The notes beneath the pieces are model-generated. The model ran no database searches. It was not told where the DNA came from and saw only the letters and a program-made list of their open reading frames with translations. Below, piece after piece: positions 25,545 through 36,529 of a stretch of 40,079 bases of DNA (position 1 is its first letter; each line of letters opens with the position of its first letter). Made by a program: the position numbers and the translations under genes. Location: assembly GCF_004010195.1 (NCBI RefSeq), contig NC_057757.1:7233304-7273382 (forward strand), written 5' to 3'. The DNA comes from Chiloscyllium plagiosum. Its lineage: Eukaryota.

Positions 25545-25868
25545 GATACAGAATTGGCTGAACGACGGTAAACAGGCAGTAGTGTTTCATGGGTGTTTTT
25601 GGACTGGAGGAAGGCTGCTGTACCATGATATATAGTCACAATCTAGACCTTGAGCGTGCTGGGCACAATCTCAAAAACTGCAAACAATACAAAACTTGAA
25701 AGCGTCGTGAACTGCGAGGAGGATAAGGCAGAAGTTGAAAAAGACATATAGGTTGGTCAAACAGGCAGACAAGTTTCAGGTGAAGTTTTCAGAAACAGTA
25801 CGAGGTAGGCTGATCTCATGCTGGACAGGAGTCAGCTAGTACAAGTGCAGTGCTGTGGTGTCAGATTA

Positions 25869-26042
<174 letters not shown>

Positions 26043-26498
26043 TTAGCAAGTTGCTCCATTTGGGAAAGACTCAACCCTTGGAAAGGACGCAAGAAGCAAA
26101 CTGAGGTGGTTTTTCTTTAATCCGCTGGTAACGCTATGAAATAGGTTATTAGATGACCACACATGTTGGTCAATAGATTATGTCACGGGCTTCTGGAAGG
26201 GATAGTGGCTCGCTGGATGGTAGTGGGGAGCACAGCACAAAGTGGGAGGTTGGTGCGCCATGGCAAGGAGAAGGGCAATTGTGTCTTGAGGGCTGGTATC
26301 AGCTTGTGGTCTGAATAAATTGTCATCTCAATGACTCAAGGAATGGAAGGATGCAGCATGATAGGGTGGAATGCCACTCAGTGGTAGAGAACACGCCATT
26401 TAGACCACCAGTAATCACCCCTGTATGGCAGCAGCATGGAGGGCCAACACAGCACCCACATTCTGAGGAACTGTCGATACATGGAGGTGAGATTATTA

Positions 26499-26687
<189 letters not shown>

Positions 26688-26758
26688 CTATTTAAACAGC
26701 AAGCAACACAGGGCCGACCGCATCAATATGGGGAGGAAGTCAACAAGTAGAGAAGACA

Positions 26759-26977
26759 GCGCTGAAAATGTGTTGCTGGAAAAGCGCAGCAGGTCAGGCA
26801 GCATCCAGGGAACAGGAGAATCGACGTTTCGGGCATAAGTCCTTTTTCAGGAAGAAGGGCTTATGCCCGAAACGTCGATTCTCCTGTTCCCTGGATGCTG
26901 CCTGACCTGCTGTGCTTTTCCAGCAATACATTTTCAGCTCTGATCTCCAGCATCTGCAGACCTCACTTTCTCCTCCT
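26759..26977. mobile_element. Short palindromic Penelope-derived insertion (arms of about 88 bp)
   Basis: 26761-26848 is the near-exact reverse complement of 26851-26938; 13-bp TSD AGTAGAGAAGACA at 26746-26758 and 26978-26990. Confidence 0.85.
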
Positions 26978-27169
26978 AGTAGAGAAGACACCATGACAGT
27001 ATTAGGAGCAGGAGCCAGCATACAGCACTCGTGTTCCCTATGGTACAATTGGAAGCGCGCACTCATTTCTGAATTCAAGTCCCAATCTAGGTACATTAAA
27101 CCGTGCCCCTCTCACCTGTCTAAGGTTGGTGTGAAAGAACTGCAGGGGTGCTCTGCCCCGCATCAATTT

Positions 27170-27730
27170 CCTTTCTTTATTGGTTTAAGTGATGTGGGTA
27201 TCACTAGGAGGTGAGCATTTATTACCTGTCCCAAATTGCCCTTGTGAAGGTAGTGGGTGAACTGCTTTCTTGAAATGCTGCACTCCACTTCGTGTCAGTA
27301 CATGCACAATGCCATTAGGGAGGGAGTTCCAGGATTTTGATCCAGTGAAGGAATGGTGATATATTTGCCAGTCAGGATAGTAGGTAGATTAGAGGAGAAT
27401 GGCAAGGGGTGGTGGCTCCTACTTATCTGCTGCCCTGTCCTTCTAGATGGTAGCAATTGAGAGCTTGGAAGGTGCTGTCTAAGGTGCTTTGGTGAATTTC
27501 TATGGTGCATCTTGTGTAGGTGGTACACACTGCTGCTACTGAGCGTCAGCGATGGAGGGAATGGATGATGAATTGGGTGTCAATCAAGTAGGCTGCTTTC
27601 TCTCAGATGGTGTTGAGCTTCTTGGGAGTTCCACGCATCCAAGAAAGGTGCGGATATTCCGTCACTACTTCTTTATAGCTGGTGCGCAGGCTTTGGAGAG
27701 TCAGGAGGCGAGTTACACTCACCAGAATTC
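27170..27730 (-). mobile_element. 3' fragment of a second non-LTR retrotransposon family
   Basis: Minus-strand MYHLHKMHHRNSPKHLRQHLPSS matches + strand 39318-39680; related pieces at about 5283-5770 and 33110-34070. Confidence 0.7.
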
Positions 27731-28684
27731 CTACTATAACCCCAGATCCCTCTAATCTTCTAACCCAATTAGTCTCTTATTTTTCACGCTGTACACTGCC
27801 CTTTTATGTTTTCCTGCAAAATGGAAAGACTTCCCTTATCCATATTGAAAATTATTCAGCTGTTGTGCACCTATTCTGCAATTTTATTCATGTTTTCCTA
27901 TATTATGTCTTCTTTCTGGCTGAATGGCAAGTACCTTATTAAAAGTCATGTATAACAAGCAAAGCACTACAATTCATTCCTCCTACAAGTACAGGAACAG
28001 GCCCTTCGGCCCATCACACCTGCGCCAAATCCTAATTCTTTTTTAGACCCACTACTTATTGCCCATGCATGGTTTCTATCCCTGTCTGTCTCCTGTTCAT
28101 GTCTATCAAGATACACCTCAAACATCGCTAACCTGCCTGTTCACCACCTCCACTGGCAATGCGTTCTAAGTACCACAACTCTGTGAAAACGTTTCCCTGC
28201 ACCTGTCCTGTAAACCTTTCCCTCTCTCCTTGAATGTGTGCCCTCTTCTAGTTGACCTTTCCACCCTGGGAAAAAGTCTTTGACTATCCACCCTATGTAT
28301 GGCTCTGTCAAACGATCTAATTGAAAAGCAAAAGTAATATTAACTTCATAGACTTTGGTCAAAGCACAGTCAGATCATCGACTATTCTGGCCTCCACATT
28401 ATATTAAAAAAATGTGGAGAAACTGGAAGGGATGTCAAAAAATTTTAATCAGGCTGCGATGCAAACTTTGGCGTTATAACCATCAGGAAACATCAGATTT
28501 GTTGGGCAATTTCTCTTGTGTATAAACTGAGAGACGATTTGACGGAGGCCTACAAGATTATGAAAGGTTTTGTTAAGGTAGACGTTGACATTTGCAGATG
28601 AAATGAGAATTCAAGAAATTACAAACATATGTCAGTCAATGAAAAATCAGATAGGGAACGGAGGAGAAATTTCTCAGAAGGGTT

Positions 28685-30555
28685 ACAAGTTAGTCAGGCA
28701 AGACCAAAAGACAGAGCTAAGAAGAGCCAGGAAGGGACATGAGAAGTCTTTGGTGGATAGGATCAAGGGAAACCTTAAGGCTTTCTATAGCTATATCAGG
28801 AATAGAAGAATGACTCGAGTAACATTCGGGCCAATCAAGCGTAGTAGTGGGAAGTTGTGTGTGGAGTCAGTAGAGATAGGGGAAGTGCTAAATGAATACT
28901 TTCCGTCAGCATTCACACGGGAAAAAGGCAATGCTGTCAAGGAGAATACTGAGATACAGGCTAGTAGTCTAGATAAGATTGAGGTGCTTAAGGAGGTGGT
29001 GTTAGCAATTCTGAAAAGTATAAAAACAGTTAACTCCCCTGGGCTGGATGGGAATTATCCTAGGATTCTCTGGGAAGCCACGGAGGAGATTGCTGAGCCT
29101 TTGGCTTTGATCTTTATGTTGCCATTGTCTATGGGAATAGTGTCAGAAGACTGGAGGATAGCAAATGTCTTTCCCTTCTTCAAGAAGGGGAGTAGAGACA
29201 ACCCTGGAAATTATAGACCTGTGGGCCTTCCATCAGTTGTGGGTAAAGTGTTGGAAAGGGTTGTAACAGATAGGATTCATCATCATCTCGAGAGGAATAA
29301 GTTGATTAGGGATCGTCAACACGACTTTGTGAACGGTAAGTCATGCCTCACAAACCTTATTGAGTTTCTTAAGAAGGTAACCAAACAGGTTGATGAGGAT
29401 AAAGTGGTTGATGTGGTGTATATGGATTTCAGTAAGGCATTTGATAAGGTTCCCCACATAGGATATTGCACAAAAATACAGAGGATTGGGATCGACGGCA
29501 ATTTAGATCAGAAATTGGCTAGCTGAAAGAAGACACAGGGTGGTGGTTGATCGGAAATATTCACCCTGGAGTTCAGTTACTAGTGGTGTACCGAAAGGAT
29601 CTGTTTTGGGTCCACTGTTGTTTCTCATTTATATAAATGACCTGGATGAGGGCATAGAAGGATAGGTTAGTAAATTTGCGGATGACACTAAGGTTGGTAG
29701 AGTTGTGGATAGTGACAAAAGACATTGTAGGTTACAGAAGAACATAAGCTGCAGAGCTGAGCGGTGGCAAATGGAGTTTAATGCGGAAAAGAGAGAGTGA
29801 TTCACTTTGGAAGAAGTAACAGGAATGCACAGTACTGGGCTAATGGTAAGATTCTTGGTAGTGTGGATGAGCAGAGGAATCTCAGTGTCCAGATACATAG
29901 ATCCTTGAAAGTTGCCACCCAGGTTGATGGGGTTGTTAAGAAGACAAATGGTGTGTTAGCTTGTATTGGTAGAGGGACTGAGTTTTGGAACCATGAGATC
30001 ATGCTACACCTGTACAAAACTCTGGTGCGGTCATATTTGGAGTACTGTGTACGGTTCTGGTCACCGCATTATAGGAAGGATGTGGAAGCTTTGGAAAGGG
30101 TTCAGAGGAAATTTACCAGGATGTTGCCTGGTATGGAGAGAAGGTCTTACAAGGAAAGGCTGAGGGACTCGAGGCTGTTTTCATTAGAGTGAAAAAGGTT
30201 GAGAGGCGACTTAATTGAGACTTATAAGCTAACCAGAGGGTTAGATAGGTTGGCCAGCGAGAACCTTTTTCCTTGGATGTTGATGGCTAGCACGAGGGAA
30301 CATAGCTTTAAATTGAGGGGTGATAGATATAGGACAGATGTCAGAGGCAGTTTCTTTACTCAGAGAGTAGTAAGGGCGTGGAACGCACTGCCTGCAACAT
30401 TAGTTGATGCGCCAACTTTAAGGGCATTTAAATGATCATTGGTAGGCATATGGATGAGAATGGAACAGTGTAGGTTAGATGGGCTTCAGATTGGTTCCAC
30501 AGGTCAGCGCAACATCAAGGGCCGAAGGGTCTGTACTGCACTGTAATGTTCTATT
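28685..30555 (+). mobile_element. 5'-truncated CR1-clade LINE (HER1-like) ORF2 / reverse transcriptase, disrupted; antisense in COPS6 intron 2
   Basis: SPGLDG, PGNYRPV, QHDFVNGKSCLTNL, VYMDFSKAFDKVPH, KFADDTK and LERVQRKFTRMLPG motifs with stops and frameshifts; nested in an older CR1 3' fragment (about 28320-28685 and 30556-30750). Confidence 0.93.
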
Positions 30556-30776
30556 TGGGGTTGGAATGGAGAGCTCACTACCACACTGAACAGTTGGAAC
30601 GCATTGAATGGAACCTGGATAAATACAGAAGGGAAAAAGAAGATAAAGCTTTGTTAATTGGGTTATATGTGGCAAGTAGGGTGGTGGTTCAAGTGGAAGG
30701 TAAACACTGATTGTGATGTAGGAGGCTTAATGGCTGGTCTCTGTACAGCAATTCATGCAGACATGATGGTCTAATG

Positions 30777-30896
30777 ATGACAATCACCTGATGAAGGAGC
30801 GTCGCTCCGAAAGCTAGTGTGCTTCCAATTAAACCTGTCTGGTGTTGTGTGATTTTTAACTTTGTACACCCCAGTCCAACACCGGCATCTCCGAAT
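30777..30896 (+). mobile_element. Second short Penelope-like terminal family with an intact minimal hammerhead core
   Basis: CAC-CTGATGA-A-GGAGC-GTC-GCTCC-GAA-AGCT-A-GTG; TSD-like CATGAyGGTCTAAyG at 30762-30776 and 30897-30911. Confidence 0.7.
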
Positions 30897-31146
30897 CATG
30901 ACGGTCTAACGCTTACTTAAGTAGCCTGTTGAATCCTTTACTGTTACAAACCCCATGCATGGTGCACAGATCCTGCCTGACTGTTTCACCATTTCTGTAC
31001 ACTGTGGGGCTGTCACAGGCCCTAACTATATCTTTAGCCATTACTTCAAACCTTGAGCACCCTCCTTATCCCTTTAACTGTTGCCATATACTCAGTATAC
31101 CACAGAAAGGCCCTCTCAGTCCCGTTAATCATGACTGAGTGCATCA

Positions 31147-31404
<258 letters not shown>

Positions 31405-31860
31405 TCACTGATAGACTGTAACATATTTTCAAAGTGCTCCGCAGCGATACACTCAAATAAAATCTGGCACTGAGTGTCAGAAGGCAGCTGGAAGTCATGG
31501 CACAATGATGAGCCCCAAGTATCCTGCAGAGAGTATGGAGCTGACCAGGGAGGCTTGTGCATCTATTTAGCACTGAAAGAGGCTGACTATACTTGGCGTA
31601 TATGGATAAACCAGGAGGTCACTGTGAAGGCAAGTAATGGCTTCAAACTTTCCTGTCTACAGGTACCTGTTGCACCATCTCCTTTACCCAGGATCACAAC
31701 AGGGATAGGGGTCAGTCGCTGATGACAAGAATGAGCGGAGTAAGAGTTGGGAAGATGGGCTGCTAAGCAGAGGAGCAAGGGGTATCAGGGGGAAGGAGAG
31801 AGAGGGGTGAAGCAGAAAGGAGGAACAGAAAGGAAGGGTGGAGAAGGGGAAGGGAGAAAG

Positions 31861-32520
31861 GGGGCTATGTGTCTGGGGAAGGGGGGCTATGTGTCTGGGG
31901 AAGGGGGGCTATGTGTCTGGGGAAGGGGGGCTATGTGTCTGGGGAAGGGGGGCTATGTGTCTGGGGAAGGGGGGCTATGTGTCTGGGGAAGGGGGGCTAT
32001 GTGTCTGGGGAAGGGGGGCTATGTGTCTGGGGAAGGGGGGCTATGTGTCTGGGGAAGGGGGGCTATGTGTCTGGGGAAGGGGGGCTATGTGTCTGGGGAA
32101 GGGGGGCTATGTGTCTGGGGAAGGGGGGCTATGTGTCTGGGGAAGGGGGGCTATGTGTCTGGGGAAGGGGGGCTATGTGTCTGGGGAAGGGGGGCTATGT
32201 GTCTGGGGAAGGGGGGCTATGTGTCTGGGGAAGGGGGGCTATGTGTCTGGGGAAGGGGGGCTATGTGTCTGGGGAAGGGGGGCTATGTGTCTGGGGAAGG
32301 GGGGCTATGTGTCTGGGGAAGGGGGGCTATGTGTCTGGGGAAGGGGGGCTATGTGTCTGGGGAAGGGGGGCTATGTGTCTGGGGAAGGGGGGCTATGTGT
32401 CTGGGGAAGGGGGGCTATGTGTCTGGGGAAGGGGGGCTATGTGTCTGGGGAAGGGGGGCTATGTGTCTGGGGAAGGGGGGCTATGTGTCTGGGGAAGGGG
32501 GGCTATGTGTCTGGGGAAGG
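31861..32520. repeat. Perfect minisatellite, 30 x 22 bp (GGGGCTATGTGTCTGGGGAAGG), COPS6 intron 1
   Basis: 660 bp = 30 identical units read directly; it explains the three repetitive ORFs here. Confidence 0.97.
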
Positions 32521-32539
32521 GGCTGTGGGGGTGCAGTAA

Positions 32540-32950
32540 CCTAACAGACCGGGGGGTGGTTGCGGACTTCAGGCGGTGATTTCCAGCCTGGCGGCTTCCT
32601 GGCGCCATGGCAACGGTCCAGGGCTAGAGCTCCTCCTCGTCCGTCCGCTCCACCACCTCCACCCTCCTACCGGAGTCCCCGAGCGGCGTCGACACTCGGA
32701 CCCGCCGCTTCACTCGCTCACCCGCCGGCTCCACCTCCATCCCGTTCGCCGCCATCTTGCCGCCCCACGGAGCGCGGCACCTGCGCAGTCGTGGTCGGTG
32801 ACGTCACGGTGCGAAGGCGACCAATCGGAACGCGGCATGGCGGCCAACTTTGTAAAGGACAGCCCGCGGCGGAAGTGTTACCATGTTGGTAAAGAGTTAC
32901 ACCCCCAAACCATTAGCAGCATCTGTCGTGTGGCCATCTTGGTAAAGGAA
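32540..32950 (-). promoter_or_regulatory. CpG-rich COPS6 promoter / first exon region
   Basis: High CpG density against a CpG-poor background. CRE palindrome TGACGTCA 32799-32806, CCAAT 32821-32825, ETS-type CGGAAGTG 32870-32877, YY1-type CAAGATGGCGGC over the ATG. Confidence 0.75.
32722..32755 (-). CDS. COPS6: COPS6 exon 1 (MAANGMEVEPA)
   Basis: gcaagATGG start context in a CpG-rich region; donor G|gtgagc; GMEV motif as in the CSN6 N-terminus; phase 1 matches exon 2. Confidence 0.88.
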
Positions 32951-33245
32951 GGGTTTGTTGCTGAATATAATGCTCTGTCAAATCTAGGGAAGGGGAATTG
33001 CTCAGACTGAGAGGGCAGCACATTCACAAGGAGATATTCCTGCTATACGGGATCATTTTTATTTTTTTTCCTGAACAACTCCAGGGTGTTGGTGGACGGG
33101 ATCATTTTTATTATCTCATGGGATCCGGGTGTCATTGGCTGGGCCATCATTGATTGTTCCATCCCTAATTTCCCATTGAGAAGGCAGTGGTGAGCTGCCT
33201 CCTTGATCCGCTTTGTGGTGTAGGGGCAGCGCCAAAAGGGAGGGA

Positions 33246-33368
33246 CAAAAAAAATGACTGGAGATGCTGTAATCCAAGGTAGACAAGCAGGAGGCTGGAA
33301 GAACACAGCAAACCAGGCAGCATTAGCAGGTGGATGAGCCAAAGTTTCAGGTGTAACGCTTCTTCAGG
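33246..33368 (-). mobile_element. Short Penelope terminal-repeat insertion inside a LINE fragment
   Basis: Family sequence; 9-bp TSD AGGGAGGGA at 33237-33245 and 33369-33377. Confidence 0.65.
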
Positions 33369-33589
33369 AGGGAGGGAATTCCAGGATTTTGACCCAGCAA
33401 CACTGAAAGAATGGAAGATATCCAGGTGGTACAATAATAACGGCTCTGAGAGAGGCCCATCGCTCATCATGTACAGCCAGTCATAAAATATCCATCTATT
33501 CTGATCCCAGTACTTGGGCTGTCGCCCTGCACGCTGCGGTTTTTTAAAGCGTTCATCTATTAAACTACTACCAGCCCTTAGGTGAGTGA

Positions 33590-33793
33590 CTTTGGAAAAG
33601 CACAGCCGGACAGGCAGCATCCAAGAAGCAGAAGAGTCGATGTTTTGAGCATAATTCTTCATCAAGATGGTGAAGAGCTTAAGCTCAAAACTTCAACTCT
33701 TCTGCTCCTTGGATGCTGCCTGACCGGCTGTGTTTTTACAGCACCACACTATTTGGCTCTAATATTCAGCATCTGCAGTCCTTACTTTCTCCT
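33590..33793. mobile_element. Palindromic Penelope-derived insertion (older)
   Basis: Inverted arms centred near 33667. Confidence 0.72.
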
Positions 33794-35124
33794 GAGGCGA
33801 ATGAGTCCAGGATGGTGCATGGCTCAGAGGGGAACCTGCGGGTAGTGGTATCCCTATGCATCTGCTGTCCTTGTTCTTCCAGACAGTGGAATTTGAGAGT
33901 TGGCCCAAAGAATGCTTGTCCTGATGGCTGCTGTGTATTTGCTGTCACAGTGCACCACCTGGTACAGGATGTGCAAATTTAAGGTGATTAATGGATTGTC
34001 AGACAATTGGTTTGCTTTGTGTTGGGTGCAGGTGAGCTCCTTGGGTGCTGTTGGGGTTGAGTTCATTAGGTCATCCCTGTTCTATAAGGCTGTTGGAACC
34101 TGAAAGGGTCAACTCCTTTAAGGAGCTAACCAGCGTATGCGTCTAGTGTTAGTATCATCATTAATGTGTTAGTCTGGAGATTATTTAGGCGGCAGTGCAT
34201 GCACTCATGTTAAACCCAACATCTCACAAGAGATTATCATGTATCCTATATTATCTACTCATTATCCATGGATATCTAGTTTACCTATGTCTATGTTCTC
34301 ATCTGGGTAGCCTTTCCCACTTGGTACCATTATCTCAAATAAAATTAATATGAAGGAGCATATTATAAGCATCATTTGTCTCATTTACTTGCTTATTTAC
34401 TGGGACTCATTTTACATGAATAATGAGATGTAGTCTACCACAAGACATGGTTTATTATCATTGAAACATAAGACATATACATGCAATTGTATGAAACCTA
34501 TCTTTCCCAAATAACTTTACAGTTCTTTAATTACTACGTTCTCACACTGGGTTAAAATCTGCTTTCAAAGCACAAGATGTTAAAGGCTTTTATACCACCC
34601 AGTTTACTACTGGCTGAACAGAGATTGAGGCTAATCTTTTCAGTCAAAAGGTTCCTGCTTCTTGGTGCTGATGTTACCTCTTGAGTTTTAGCACCTCTGA
34701 TTTAAGTGGCCTCTTTTAACACTGTTCTCCAGGTCATCCCAAATACAGTGGCATACTATTGTTTATTACATCAGCATGGTAACTCACATACAAATTCCTA
34801 TGTAGTTCAGCAGTTTGATATAGCAAGGTAATTAACAAAACCACTCACCTAAGGGGTGGTAGTAATATAATAGATGAACACTTTTAAAAAATCACAGTGT
34901 GCAAGGCTACAGCCCAAGTACTGGGATCAGAATAGATGGATATTTGATGACTGGCTCCTATGTAGTTACTGCAGTTTGATATTGCAAAGTAATTAACAAC
35001 ATTCAGTTCTTGATCCAAGCTTTCTATACCTAACATACACTTCCTTCTTTTTATTGACCAGGGACTCAATATTTCTAGTCACCCAGTGTTCCCAAAACTT
35101 CCAAGCTTGCCCTTCAAACTTTTA

Positions 35125-35580
35125 CAGAAGTTCATAAAATCATGAAGGGCATGGATAGGGTGAGTCAAAAAGTGTCGCGCGAGAAAAGCACAGCAGGTCA
35201 GGCAGCATTGAGAAGCAGGAGAATCAACATTTCAGGATAAGATGAATAGACAAGGTCTTTTTACCAGGGTAGGGCAATCCAAAACTAGAGGGCACAGGTT
35301 TAAGGTGAGAGGGGAAAGATTTAAAAGGGACCTAAGTACCAACATTTTCACACAGAGATTGGTGCGTGTATGGAATGAGCTGCCAGAGGTGGTGATGGAG
35401 ATTGGTACAATTACAACATTTAAAAAGCATCTGGATGGGTACATGAATAGGAAAGGTTCAGAGGGATATGGGCCAAATGCTGGCAAATGGGACTAGATTA
35501 ATTTAATCTAGTCCCATTTAAGATCAGCATTGACGAGTTGGACTGAGGGGTTTGTTTCCATGCTGTTCATCTCTGTGACA
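35125..35580 (+). mobile_element. CR1 3'-end fragment interrupted by a short Penelope piece (about 35163-35234)
   Basis: SKTRGHRFKVRGERFKRDL..FTQRLVRVWNELPE..FKKHLDGYMNRKG. Confidence 0.8.
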
Positions 35581-35795
35581 CTACAAATGGAACATACTGT
35601 CACTGGATTCTCATTACCTAATTTTTCAAGTCTCCCACATACCAGATGTCTCTTTACCTGTGAACAGCCTCCCCCAGTCAACATTTGAAAGTTCCTGTGT
35701 AATAACATCAAAATTGACCTTATTCCAATTTAGAAATTTAACTTTTATATCAGGCTTGGTCTTTTCCATAACTATTTTAAAACTAATAAAATTAT

Positions 35796-36072
35796 GTTAA
35801 AAATCACACAACACCAGGTTATAGTCCAACAGGTTTAATTGGAAGCACTAGCTTTCGAAGCGCCGCTCCTTCATCAGATAGTTGTGGGGGACACAATTGC
35901 AAGACACAGAATTTGTAGCATGTCTTACAATTGAGTCCTCCACTACCACCCTGATGCAGGAACAGCGCTCCGAAAGCTAGTGCTTCCAATTAAACCTGAT
36001 GGACTATAACCTGGTGTTGTGTGATTTTTAACTTTGTATACCCCAGTCCAACACCGGCATCTCCACATCATG
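35796..36072. mobile_element. Palindromic insertion of the second Penelope-like family
   Basis: GTTAAAAATCACACAACACCAGG... and ...CCTGGTGTTGTGTGATTTTTAAC inverted arms; AATAAAATT on both flanks; same family as 30777-30896. Confidence 0.75.
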
Positions 36073-36202
36073 AATAAAATTGATAACTGGTCCAAAATGC
36101 TCCCCTCACCAACACCTCAGTCACTTGTCCTGCATTATTTCCCAAGAGAAAGTCGATTTTTGCTCCTTCTTGCAAAAGTACATCGACATATTAAGTAATT
36201 TG

Positions 36203-36490
36203 GGGGTGGCACTGCTGCCTCACAATGTCAGGGTCCCAGGTTCAATTCCAGCCTCGGGTGACTTTCTGTGTGGAGTTTGCACATTCTCCCCGTGTCTGCG
36301 TGGGTTTCCTCCAGGTGCTCCGGTTTCCTCACACAGTCCAAAGATGTGCAGGTCAGGTGTATTGGCCATGCGAAATTGCCCATAGTGTTAGGTACATTAG
36401 TCAGAGGGAAATGGGTCTGGGTGGGTTACTCTTTGGAGGGTCATTGTGGATTTGTTGGGCCGAAGGGCCTGTTTCCACACTGTAGGGAAT
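36203..36490 (+). mobile_element. tRNA-derived V-SINE (HE1-like)
   Basis: Same family; A box region partly deleted. Confidence 0.85.
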
Positions 36491-36529
36491 CTCTTGCACT
36501 GATATCAATGTAGTTTAATTCATCAGTCT

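Noticed and set aside
28585..30435. Reverse-transcriptase ORFs as an active or domesticated gene
   Set aside because: 5'-truncated CR1 copy with stops and frameshifts; the first 100 nt or so of the ORF come from a different, older fragment.
31747..32579. Three long Gly/Cys-rich ORFs
   Set aside because: All come from the stop-free 22-bp minisatellite in COPS6 intron 1.
32837..33010. + strand ORF MAANFVKDSPRRK as a divergent gene's first exon
   Set aside because: No recognisable homology and no downstream exons found; the ATGGCGGC is explained by a YY1-like promoter motif.
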